From Mobula hypostoma (lineage: Eukaryota), in assembly GCF_963921235.1 (NCBI RefSeq), contig NC_086107.1, forward strand, positions 110,114,001 to 110,178,000: 64,000 bases of DNA. The letters run 5' to 3'. This document shows, one piece after another, positions 39,644-51,454 of the stretch. Position numbers and translations under genes: made by a program. A model generated the notes under the pieces. The model was given only the letters and a program-made list of their open reading frames with translations, made no database searches and had not been told where the DNA came from. Each line of letters opens with the position of its first letter. Within the stretch, counting starts at the first letter, position 1.

Positions 39644-39740
39644 CTTGCCCTTCTGTCCGAGCTCAGCGACAGCTCCACTACCCGCTCCACAGCAGGACGA
39701 AGAACATGGCGCCCAAGAGACGCACGCAACTGAATCCGGG
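39644..39740 (-). other. MIEF1: putative first (5'UTR) exon of MIEF1; start approximate
   Basis: Strong donor AAG|GTAAAT at 39644/39643 just downstream of the CRE and YY1 motifs. Confidence 0.6.
39678..39707 (-). CDS. short uORF1 (MFFVLLWSG*) in putative MIEF1 exon 1
   Basis: GCC ATG TTC TTC GTC CTG CTG TGG AGC GGG TAG; depends on the TSS lying upstream of 39707. Confidence 0.4.
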   Translation of the reverse strand: MFFVLLWSG

Positions 39741-40180
39741 TCATATTCTACGTCATTACATCAAAGGATACATGACGTCACAGGAACGGCTTGCCTCTGG
39801 TTCTCCTGCGCGAGCTCAAAGTTCAAAGTAAACTTATCATCAAAGTACAGTAATAACTGTGTATACAACCGTAAGATTCGTTTAATTGCGGGCATACCCA
39901 GTAGATCCAATAACTATAATGGAATCAATGAAAGACTGCATCCAACAGGGCAAACAACCAGTGTTCAAAAGACAACAGACTGTGCAAATACAATAAAAGA
40001 GAAATAATAATATTAAACAAATAAGCAAAAGATATCGAGAAATAGAGATGGGGAGTCCTTGGAAGTGAGTCCATAGGTTATGGGTATAGTTCAGTGATGG
40101 GGGCGAGTGAAGTTGAGTGGTTATCCCCTCTGGTTCAAGGGCCTGATAGTTATGGGGTAATAACTTCCTGGACCTGGTGA

Positions 40181-40292
40181 TATAACCATATAACAATTAC
40201 AGCACGGAAACAGGCCATCTCGGTCCTTCTAGTCCGTGCCGAACTCTTACTTTCACCTAGTCCCACTGACCTGCACTCAGCCCATAACCCAT
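40181..40292 (-). mobile_element. CR1 3' terminal fragment, same young family as 935-1838
   Basis: Near reverse complement of 1730-1836. Confidence 0.85.
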
Positions 40293-40294
40293 AA

Positions 40295-40660
40295 CTTGCA
40301 TTGTAATTCTCAGCCGAGTTGGATAATGAAGAGAAGGCTTGAAGTTTTTGCTATAAAGTTCCGCCATAACTTTTTAAAACTTAGACCACTCTTCCACAAC
40401 TTCTGATGAGAAATCTCCAATAATACGAATCTTCTGACCCTTGTAATCAAATCATACCTTTCTGACGGGATTCACAAATCAAAAGGTCCTCTGTTTGAAA
40501 TTCATGAAAGCATATAATGACCGATCTTGGTCTTGATTCTGAAGCCGATCTATAAATAGGCGATCTGTGAACATGATCAATCAAAGGTAAAGACCGTATA
40601 ATATCAGGGAATAATTCCATCAGAAGGTTTGCGAAGAATTCCTCAGGATTATCTCCTAAG
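40295..40660 (-). mobile_element. L1/Tx1 LINE ORF1 fragment
   Basis: NPEEFFANLLMELF...IDHVHRS...RPRSVIICFHEFQ (Transposase_22-like). Confidence 0.75.
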
Positions 40661-43600
40661 GAATAATGTGAGTCTTGAGGTTCCTGTACCTTCTCCCTGA
40701 TGGTATCAGCAAGAAGAGAGCATGACTTTGGTGCAGGGGTCCCTGATGATGGTTGATGCTTTCCTGCGACAGCACGCCTGTGGATGTGCTCAGTGGTGGG
40801 GATGACTTCACCTGTGATGGACTGGGCCATATCTATTACTTTCTGTAGGATTACATTTTGACTACTTTTTCTAATCAGAATCAGAATTAATATCACTGTA
40901 ATATGTTGTGAAAATTGTTGGTTTTTTTGTGCCAGCAGAAAATTACAATACCATAAGACCATAACCATAGAGGTGCAGAATTAGGCCATTTGGCCCATCG
41001 AGTCTGTTCTGCCATTTCATCATGGCTGATCCACTTACCTCTCGGCCTCATATAATACATAATAATGAAAACTATAATTTACAATAAGTATATATAAAAA
41101 GCAAACAAAATGCAAGAAGAGAAAGAAAACAAAACAAGGTCGTGTATACGGGTTAATTGTCCATTCAGAAATCTGATAACAAGAGGCAATAATCTAAATA
41201 CAATCCAGGCAAACCAATTTATTACTGACAGTACAGAAGCAATGGACAGGAGCACAAGAGACTCGGTCCCAGATGATCTGACCTGAAGAAGGGCTTTAGG
41301 CTGAAATGTTGACTGTTTATTCCCCTGCATGGATTCTGCCTGACCTAACAACAAATAAGAAACGGATTTCTAGGTAAGATTATTGTCCCTGCAGGCAACA
41401 GGCTAGTTTAGAGCTGGCTTTGAAATGAGAAGGGGTTAATTACAACAAAAGAAAAAGCTGGGAGGTAGTGTTCATGGGTTCGATGTCCATTTAGAAATCG
41501 GATGGCAGAGGGGAAGAAGCTGTTCCTGAATCACTGAGTGTTTGTCTTCAGGCTCCTGTGCCTCCTCCCTGATGGTAGCAATGAGAAGGGGCCACAACCT
41601 GGGTGATAGGGATCCTTAATGATGGATGCTGCCTTTTTTATACTTGTCCCTCAGTGCTGGGGAGGCTAGTGCCCATGATGAAGTTGGCTGAGTTTACAAC
41701 TTTCTGCAGCTTTTTCCGATTCTGTGCAGCAACCCCTCCATAGCAGACGATGATTGAACCAGTTACAGTACATCTGTAAAAATTCACAAGTGTCTTTGAT
41801 AACATCCCAACTCACCTCAAACTCCTAATGAAATATATACAGCTCCTGTCGTGCCTTCTTATGGTATTGTACCTGCATTGATATGTTGGGCCCGGGATAG
41901 ATTGTGAGAAATGGAGGGAGGGAGAGAGGGGGAGAGGGGGGAGAGGGAGTGAGATATCTAAATGGACATTGAACCCAAGAACACTGCCTCACTTTTTCTT
42001 TTTTTCTCTCTCTTAATGCACTACTTTTTATAAAAGAATTGAAAATACACACGGACTAAGTGTTAACTGTCCTGTGCTATCACCAGTAGGATCATCAGTT
42101 GATCTGCCACCTGTCTTCAGGAGTTTCGGCCCACTTATGATCAAGGCTCCCTCGAGGTGGTGGGCCAGCAGTGCTAAAGCACCACCTCCCACTGGTGAGC
42201 TTAAAAACTTGGCATCTACCTCTATCAGAGTTGTTGGTCACTTCCATCCAACAGATAGTCTGCTCTTCAGGTGTCTATGCAACTACTGAAGGGTTTGCAA
42301 GATATGTATACACTGTCTGACTATCTGCCCCTCTGGACATACTTGGTCCACACCCATGCTGATCCTTTCTCTGCTGCCTCAGCTACAGCCCTGCTGGTTG
42401 ACTTGATCTCTCTTCTAGTGAAGCCAAGGTCACGCAGCCACTTCTGGAAAGTGAACGCAATAAACCCACGGCAGCCTACTTCAAATGGGTAGCATTATAC
42501 TTATTTATAGTTTATTGTTTTATAGTATTTACAGTTTTAGTTTATTTATAGCTTTTATTATGTATTGCTTTGTACTGCTGCCACGAAACAAAGAATTTCA
42601 TGATGTATGCCAGTGTTATTAAACCTGATTCTGATCTGGTAATCCCTTTCATGACAGAACTTGGAATCTGGAATCTGGCATGCAGATGACATGCACATAA
42701 AGAAATGACAGGAAAAATGCTCCGACCATGGATTAGGGGATACATTAACGACGGTCTAAGGAAGAGACTTGCAAAGTTACCGAAGGACTGAAGTGCTTTA
42801 GAATTCAGCAAAGGATGAAGAAACTGGAAAATAGAATATGAAACTAGTGAGAATCGTAGATAGCGACTCTAAGAGCTTCTATAGGTATGTAAAAGGGGAA
42901 AGACTAGGGCAAATGTGGATCCCTGAAAGAGGGAAACAGGGAACAGAATTAAACGTAAAATCCTCTCCTATGCACCATGGTAGTGTAGCAGTTAGCATGA
43001 TGATCAGAGTGTCAGAGTTCAGAGTTTAATCGCCATCTGTTACAAGATTGCATGTCCTCTCTGCAACCGTGTGGGTTTCCTCCAGGTGCTCCAGTTTCCT
43101 CCCATGTTTCAAAGTCATACTGGTTGGTAGGTTAATTGGTCACTCCAAATTGTCCTGTGATTGGGCTAGAGTTAAATAGGTGGGTTGCTGGACGACACGG
43201 CTTGGTGGGCTGGAAGGGCTAGTTCCTCACTGTATCACTAAATAAATAACATTTACTTTTTATTCAGAGATACAACACGATAACAAGCCCCTCTGGCCCA
43301 ATGAGCCCACACTGCCCAATTACACCCATGGGACCAATTAATCTACTAATCTGAACACCAGGAAATCTGCAGATGCTGGAAATTCAAGCAACACACACAA
43401 AATGCTGGTGGAACACAGCAGGCCAGACAGCATCCATAGGAAGAAGCACAGTCAATGTTTCAGGCCGAGACTCTTCGTCAGGAATCTACTAACATGTATG
43501 TATTTAGTACAAGAGAGGAAACTGGAGCATCGAGAGGAAACCCGTGTGGTTGTGGGGAGAACATAAAACTCCTTACAGACAATGCAAACATGACAGTGGG

Positions 43601-45423
43601 GTCCAGACCCAGAGTGTATCAATGTGACAGGGTCCAGGTCTTACAGTGATGGACAACCCAATGTTTGGACGATTTAAATGGATTGAAATGGCAGGGTGTT
43701 GGGACCAGAGGCGAGGGTCGGGCCAATTCTGCTCACTGCTCCACAATTACTCTGCTCTTTGCTGCACTGAGGCAGAGGTCTGCTCTGGCTCTGTGACATT
43801 CACTCTGCTATGTGCTGAACTGAGGCAGAGGCTGTGGCCTGCTCCGGGCTTCGTGTCCGAGGACCCACTTTCATTCTAAATACCATCTGCTTACTTTTAT
43901 TGCTTGCACAATTTGTTTCTCCCCCTCCTTCCTCTTTGCATTGGGTGTTTGACATACCTTTGGGCTTCTTTAAGGAGACGAATCTCAAGGTTGTATAATG
44001 TATACACACTTTGATAATAAATGTACTTTTAAAATCAAACCTGGGTTGCAGGTGCAATAAGAGCATTACACTAACCCCTATGCTACCATGCCACCCAATT
44101 CCTTGGAGTGTACCTGATGGAGGTGTACAAAATTGCGAGGGCCCATAGTGGAGGTATATAAAGATTTTTTGTGTGTCAGACACTGGTTGTGACGCTTCTA
44201 GTGTGGTAGGGTAGTGGGTAGTGGTTGTCACTCTCGTTTCAAGCTTCCACCCACTGGCTAGCAGTCTTGCGAAAAGGAGAGCTTAATGTGCGAGTCTCTC
44301 CCTGCCAGTATGTAGCCTCTGCAACAGCAAGCTTCATGTAGTGCCTCCTCGCTGGTGACACACGGAAACTGAACTCCTTTCGGACTTGGGCTGAACTACA
44401 GAGGACGGAGAGTAGGTCTGGCCCCTGCACACGTAGCATGCGGGCCCACTGGCATGTGGACATGTCTTGGTGCTCGTGAACCAGATCGCCAGCTTTGGGT
44501 AAATATCCCCACTGCCTTGTGGGCAGCCTTGGGAGAGACGAAGACTCTGGGAGTAAACCCAGACAGAAACTCCAGAGTGGAGCCCCCAAGGCGGCTGGAT
44601 GTCACTGAACATCCTCCCGGCAGCTCCTGCAGCCAGGCTGGTGTCTAAGGTATTGCCTTGTTTTCCTTTGGACTACACTGGTGAAGCCGAGAGGGACTGG
44701 GTGTCCCAGGATTTCCATACTTTCTGCCCAGACTTGTGGCCTGTGGAGGTCACATAATTCCATTGTCCCTCAAGACAGGCGGATGCCATCAAAATCTTCA
44801 TAAAGATTTTGATGACGAGCACAAGTTGATTTAAAAAATAAAAGACACCAAATATCCACAAGTTCATTTATTGAATGATGGGTTAAATTAACCAAATAAA
44901 TCGAGATTGTCAATGTAAATAAAACCAATTACAGATAGATCTCCATGGCAGATGTTTTATAGATGGTTAGATGGAGCCATGAACAAGTTTTTTGTCCTTA
45001 TTAACTTGACAGTTATATTTCAGTGGAGTTTTCCCAAACACCTCTTGAAAATTAGTGAAGAGATAGACCTCAAACACAAGAAGATCTGCAGATGCAGGAA
45101 ATCCAAAGCAATACACACATACAAAATGCTGGAGGAACTCGGCAGGCCAGGCAGTATCTATGGAAGAGTAAACAAAAGAGCTCTGATGAAGGGTCTCAGC
45201 CTGAAACGTCGACTGTACTCTTTTCCATGGATGCTGCTCGGCCTGCTGAGTTCCTCCAACGTTTTGTGTGTGTTGCTGAAGAGAGCGATCTTCAGTGTTT
45301 GTGTATATATCATCTGCTTTTGCAAAAAGCACCAAGGCTTGGCAATACAGATGTATTGTGATATGTTGTTTTAATCAGAACTATAGTGACAGTTAGTTAT
45401 TAGAAATAGATGAATAGTTGAAT

Positions 45424-45429
45424 TTTATT
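45424..45429 (-). terminator. candidate polyadenylation signal (AATAAA) of EIF3L; a second candidate at 44867-44872
   Basis: tttatt on + strand about 240 nt downstream of the EIF3L stop. Confidence 0.45.
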
Positions 45430-45670
45430 TATGTTAACTCAATAGAGCAATCTTATGCTTCAGACAAAATTGGCCTTGGGTCTTGTTGAGTACTAATGAG
45501 CTGTATACAAACATATCAGAAGGCTTAGTTGTAACCAGGAGTCATGAGTTAATTTATCTCTGGCTGAATATATCCAAGTGACACATCCAGCTCTTCAGAT
45601 ATATAGGAGCAACGACTCAGAAACCATCAGTTGCTGGGAAGCAGCGCTCTTCACGTCTTCTTCACATCTA

Positions 45671-45706
45671 TTATCGTGGGTTGATTTTCTTCAGGCTTCG
45701 ATTGAG
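45671..45706 (-). CDS. EIF3L: eIF3 subunit L, last coding exon
   Basis: ttctag|CTC AAT CGA AGC CTG AAG AAA ATC AAC CCA CGA TAA TAG = LNRSLKKINPR*, similar to the vertebrate C-terminus LNRTLKK. Confidence 0.9.
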   Translation of the reverse strand, partial: LNRSLKKINPR

Positions 45707-46544
45707 CTAGAATGTGAAACACAAACACGTGAATATCTGGGCTCATTACTGGTATTGGTTTATTACTGTCACATGTACCAGGCTCCATTGCCTGTTACGC
45801 CACTGGCGTTTAGGGCAGCAGTGAAGATGCTCCATCTCCTTCTGTCCATATCAGATATTCTTCATTGCTATTTCCTAACAATCTTTTTTTTTTGATCAGT
45901 CAGGGTTATTAGCCCCGAGATGAATCCCTGAACCTGGAGGACCAGTGTACCACTCTTAGTCTATCCTCTACCCTTTGACCTGTTTGACATGGATGACCCT
46001 ACCAAGAGCCAAAACACAAGGCACTGACTCCCAGCCAACATCGCCCTCTGGGTCACTGAGACATGCAAACCTCCAAACCACAACAAGGCTGTGATCCTCT
46101 TGGAGGCACGTGTACCAAGATAGAGTGAAAAGCTTGTTCATACAGATCGAATCATTACATGGTGCATTGAGGTAGAACAACAACAATGCAGAATAAAGTG
46201 TAATAGCTCCAGAGAAAGTGTAGTGCAGGTAAATGACAAGGTGCAGGATCACAAGGCAGTAGACTGAGAGGTCAAGATTGCATCTTATCATACAAGAGAC
46301 CCTTTCAAGAGTCTGATAACAGCAATGTGGAAGCCATCCTTGAGCCTGGTAGTACGTGCTTTCAGGCTTTTGCATCTCCCTCCCAATGGGAGTGGGGAGA
46401 AAAGAGAATGTCCAGGATGGGTATGCTGCCTGCTTTACTGAGGCAAAGAGAAGGGCTGGAAGATTTCAGGAGCACTGAGGAGGATGATCCAGGTTGCATC
46501 CCTGATGACAACAGGAAGGCAAGAGATCAAAATGTTCGACTCAC

Positions 46545-46625
46545 CTCCTCAAACTTGTGAATCTGCCTGATGAAGAAGTCTCCGTATCGCCTGGCCACTT
46601 TGGTATCTGCAATGTGGATCATGTC
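46545..46625 (-). CDS. EIF3L: eIF3 subunit L, penultimate coding exon
   Basis: [31 protein letters not shown]; 81 bp. Confidence 0.96.
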
Positions 46626-46840
46626 CTGAAAGAATGGAGAAAGGCAATGGTTAAACGGAAATGCAGATCCATTTGTGACCAAGAAGCAGCCCAGTCCTCC
46701 ACCAAAATCCCTTACTTTGCCAGAATCTTTAAAGTTAAATCAGTCAGCAACAAGTGGATATGGTACCTTCCAGATTTCTGGGATTATGGGGATTTCAGAT
46801 CTACTGGAATAACAGAGAGTCCTCACAGGTAAAAACACAC

Positions 46841-47030
46841 CTTGTCAATATAGAAGTCCACCTCAGAAGCAGACTGAAATTCACCATCGAGGGCCGAAAT
46901 CCCACTTGTCCACACCAGGTTCTTCATCTTGTGCTTGAAGACCAGGAGGTTGATGCGAAATTCCTGCTCCGTCATGTCCAGGAATCCAGCCAGCTTGATG
47001 ACGGGCATTGTGGTGTATAACTTTAGGAAG
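46841..47030 (-). CDS. EIF3L: eIF3 subunit L, coding exon
   Basis: [68 protein letters not shown]; 190 bp. Confidence 0.96.
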
Positions 47031-48328
47031 CTGCAGAGGGGAAGAGAGAGCAACATTTCAACCAAACTGAAGTGCTCAAACGATGACATTTAAAATGATG
47101 ACATTAAATGGAGCACAATTCCAGGTGGTTTTCAGGTAGACTCCACCCACTGACTCTTCAGTTAAATTGATTTGCAAACATCATGTCCCATGCAGTGCTC
47201 AATAAGTCTCTCGAAGTTGCCCTAAGGAGGATTTCTGGCTCAACCCAGGAAACTTAAAAGCGCAAAGTAAATTTATTATCAAAGTACATATATGTCACCA
47301 TATTCAACCCTGAGACTCACAGTAAATACTAGAAACATAATAGAATCAATGAAAGACCCCCCACACAAAATGGTGGAAGAACTCAGCAGGTTAGGCAACG
47401 TCCATGGAAATGAACAGTCGACGTTTCGGGCGGAGACTCTTCTTCAGGACTGGAAAGGAAGGGGGTAGATGCCAGAATAAAAAAAGGTGGGAGGAGGGGA
47501 AGGAGGTATAACTAGGTGATAGGTGAAGTCAGGTGTGTGGGAAAAGTAAAGGGCTGCAGAGAAAGGAATCTGACAAGAGAGGAGATTGGGCCATAGGGGA
47601 AAGGGAAGGGGGAGGTAATTGGTAGGTGAGAAGTGGTAAAGGCCAGTGTGGGGAACAGAAGAGGGGAGGGAAAGGATTTTTTCCCCCTTTTTTAAACTGG
47701 AAGGAGAAATCGATATTCATCCTATTCAGGTTGGAGGCTACTCAGATGGAATACAAGGTGCCTAAACCGAGTGACCTGAAAATGGAGCTGGAAGTCATGT
47801 GGAACAAGACGGCGGCGAAGACAAGTTCCCACGAGGGTTAGGTGGCTGTGGTAGTGAGTCTGGGCGAGTACACAGTTGGAGAGTTGGAGGGCAGCAGTGA
47901 CCACAGAGGGGAAGAATGAAGTCTGCACACCACCAAGTTCAAGAACAGTTCAACCAACTGGAACCCAGCATCAGCTTTATTATCACTGACATGTGTTGTG
48001 AAATTTCTGTCTTCTGTCCCTTACTTTCCAGTCCTGATGAAGAGTCTCGGCCCAAAAAAACATTGACTATTCATTCCCCTCCATAGATGCTGCCTGACTT
48101 GCTGAGTTCCTCCAGCATACTGTGTGTGCGTTGTTCTGGATTTCCAGCATCTGCAGAATCTTGTTGTTTATTTTGTGAAGTTTGTTATTTTACGGCATGG
48201 GTAGAGTGCAAGACATACAAATTAATGTAAGTTCCAAAAGTATACAAATAGAGAAAAACAGGAATAGTGAGATAGTGTTCATGGTCCATTCAGAAATCTG
48301 ATGGCAGAACCAGCACAACCCTAATCAC

Positions 48329-48908
48329 ACATTTTAATTTTAATTCCACATCCCATTCCCATTCTGATATGTCTATCCACGGCCTCCTCTACTGTAAAGA
48401 TGAAGCCACACTCAGGTTGGAGGAACAACACCTTATATTCCGTCTGGGTAGCCTCCAACCTGATGGCATGAACATCGACTTCTCTAACATCTGCTAATGC
48501 CCCACCTCCCCCTCGTACCCCATCCGTTATTTATTTTTGTACACACATTCTCTCTCACTCTCCTTTTTCTTCCTCTGACTATACCCCTTGCCCATCCTCT
48601 GGGTGTCCCCCCGCTTGTCTTTCTCCCCGGACCTCCTGTCCCATGATCCTCTCATATCCCTTTTGCCAATCATCTGTCCAGCTCTTGGCTCCGTCCCTCC
48701 CCCTCCTGTCTTCTCCTATCATTTTGGATCTCCCCCTCCCACTTTCAAATCTCTTACTAACTCTTCCTTCAGTTAGTCCTGACGAAGGGTCTCGGCCTGA
48801 AATGTCGACTGTACCTCTTCCTAGAGATGCTGCCTGGCCTGCTGTGTTCACCAGCAACTTTGATGTGTGTTGCTTGAATTTCCAGCATCTGCAGAATTCC
48901 CGTTGTTT
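48329..48908 (+). mobile_element. young 5'-truncated Penelope-like element in EIF3L intron
   Basis: GIY-YIG C-terminus plus terminal repeat; 14-bp duplication acaaccctaatcac (48315-48328, 48909-48922). Confidence 0.9.
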
Positions 48909-49474
48909 ACAACCCTAATCACTGCAGTTTAGCACCTTCGTCACCACTTTGATCACTTTGTATTAAAACGGATTTTTTTTGGCTCTTTATCGTGTTCTTT
49001 CTTGTAAAAATAGTCTAATTAGTGTGCCACGATAGCTTAGCACTATTATATCTTGGGGCGCGGAGCTGGGAGTTCAATCCCGCTGTCCTCTGTACACCCC
49101 TCCATGTGGAATGCTTGGGTTTACTCTGGTTTCCTGCCACAGTCCAAAGACGTTTCGTATAGGTTATCTGGTCATTGCAAACTGTCCCGTGATTAGGCTA
49201 GGATCAAGTTGGGGTGGCGCGGCTCGAAGAGCTGGAAGAGCCTATTCTATGTTGTATCTCTGAATAAAATGTCTGTCTAATTTGTTTTTCCTGCGAATAC
49301 CGCTTATCTGATGCCATGTGCCTATGATGCTGACTGCTGTAAGCTACTCATTGTACTTGTGTACACATGTACTTGAGCATATGACAATAAACTTGACTTT
49401 GAGACAAGACAGCAATAGTTTAAATACACGAAGGGGATCGTTCATGGTAATTTCTGCACGTTGTGCTCACGTAC

Positions 49475-49648
49475 CTCCGGATGGTGGAAAGTACCGCCTG
49501 CTGCTGTACCTCATCCATAAACACTTTCAGTTGCTGCAGGAACGGCTCCTTGTGATAGTTGGCATGGACTGAGTCATAATTTGGTACCACTGGCGACAAG
49601 AACTTGGGACAGGCAAAACTGAATAGCTCCTCAAATATCTGCATCTCT
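49475..49648 (-). CDS. EIF3L: eIF3 subunit L, coding exon (PCI domain)
   Basis: EMQIFEELFSFACPKFLSPVVPNYDSVHANYHKEPFLQQLKVFMDEVQQQAVLSTIR; AG/GT; 174 bp. Confidence 0.95.
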
Positions 49649-50912
49649 CTGTAAGAAGATAATATTAGATTTTATTACCTGTTGGTGCTGCCCTCCAGTG
49701 TTTGCTCGGTGGAAGAATAACTTCCCATCAATCTACAGTCATGCCACTCAGGGACATGGGCTATATTATCTTATTCCTCTTTGTGTGACTTTATGTTTTT
49801 CTGCTATCTTAACTATATGTGTTATTTGTGCAGTGTGCTGTTGGTAATGTGCTTTGTATCTTGGCCTCAGAGGAACACTGTTTCAGTTGGCCATACTTGT
49901 ATATGGTTGAATGATAATGGGGAGAAATTAAAAGATTAATATTAAAACAAAACTTTTGAAAAGCAGAGCAGTTCAGTCAGAGCTGAGGGGAAAAATAGCA
50001 ATTCCAGATCATCTGCAATAGAGGGAAGAGATGTATTATTTACACAGGGTTGTTTTGGAAAGCATATGGAAAGACAAAGTATTTGTAAGAAGCAGGAGGA
50101 CACAATTTGACCTCTTTAGCTTGCCTGCCATTTAACAAGATCTTGGGCTAATTCTTCATCCACATTATCCTGAAATATCTTTCGTAACCTATTGACCTGA
50201 GTATTGAGAGGCAGCAGTCCTTCCAAACCCTTCAGGGTAGAGAATGCCCAAGGGGTTACTTCTCTCTGCTCTGTAAGCTGCTCCTTAAAAACTACCTGTT
50301 TATTGGCTCCAAATCCCCTTACATGGTTTATTATCAAATTATGAAACACTGAACATTCTGCTGTATTTACAAGTGACACGTTCAGACTCATGTACAGTAC
50401 TGTGCAGAAGTCTTAAGCACATAGTGTGTATATACAGCTAGGGTGCGTGAGATGTTTGCACAGGACTGTATCTGTCGTGGACTGGAGACCGAGTTTGTAA
50501 ATCTGGCAGGAGCAAAGGATGTTTGGAATGGTGAAGGAGGGGTGGGGAACAAGTGGTGGTGAAGCAGTGCCAGGGGCGGGAGGTGGTGTGGGTGCAGACA
50601 CACCCAGCCCCGAGACACCAGGCAAGGTCATTTGATTCCAAACAATTGATTTATTGATCATTACAGAATGTCTCTCTGGTGCTTTCCGCTCCCTCCCCCT
50701 TTTCCCAACCATGTCCCCTTCTCACTCTGTCCATACTAGAGACCCATATCAGAATCAGTGTCATCATTACTCGCGTCATGAAATTTGTATTTTTGTGACA
50801 GCAGTACAGTGCAATACATAAAATCACTATAGTATTGTGCAAAATTCTTAGGCACTCTAACTATACTAGGACAACCAAGCTATTGCTACACAAAGAAAAA
50901 ACAAAGACTCAC

Positions 50913-51046
50913 CCTTTCTGCATACGCAGCATCTTGTCCCCATACTTCTCTCGCAGCTGGGTGTGGATGCTCTCGTCAATTCTCATTGGGTATAGGGTCA
51001 AAGCGATCGCCAACAGACTGTGCATCTGTTCATTCTGCTTGTTTAT
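50913..51046 (-). CDS. EIF3L: eIF3 subunit L, coding exon
   Basis: [49 protein letters not shown]; 134 bp. Confidence 0.95.
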
Positions 51047-51454
51047 CTGTAAAGACATGGCAAAAGAGAGCAACTAGAGTTAATAATAGAATATGTTTGT
51101 AATATCTGTAATGTACTGTGTTGCTACTGCAAACAAGCTAATCTTCACAGCATTTTGTAATTTGAGTAGGTACAGTATACAATGAACTTGAGTTTTTAAT
51201 TTTAAAGATTAGACTCATCATCTGTACACAGAAGCATAAAGAGAAATACATTGTTTGAATCAAATCAAATCAGTGAGGATTATGCTGGGCAGCCCACAAG
51301 CATCGCCATGCTTTCAGCGCCAACATAGCCTGCCCATAACTTACTAACTCTAACCATGCATCTTTGGAATGTGGGAGGAAACTGGAGCACCCAGTGGAAA
51401 CCCACATGGAGAATGTACAAACTCCTCACAGACAGCACTGATCTTACAGCTGGC

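Larger units (their letters stand above)
39320..39815 (-). promoter_or_regulatory. CpG-rich promoter region of MIEF1
   Basis: Unique CpG-rich sequence with a CRE palindrome TGACGTCA (39773-39780), a YY1-like CGCCATGTT (~39703-39711), an ETS-like CCGGAAG (~39568), two CCAAT boxes (39448-39452, 39479-39483, minus) and a GC box (~39428-39436). Confidence 0.7.
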
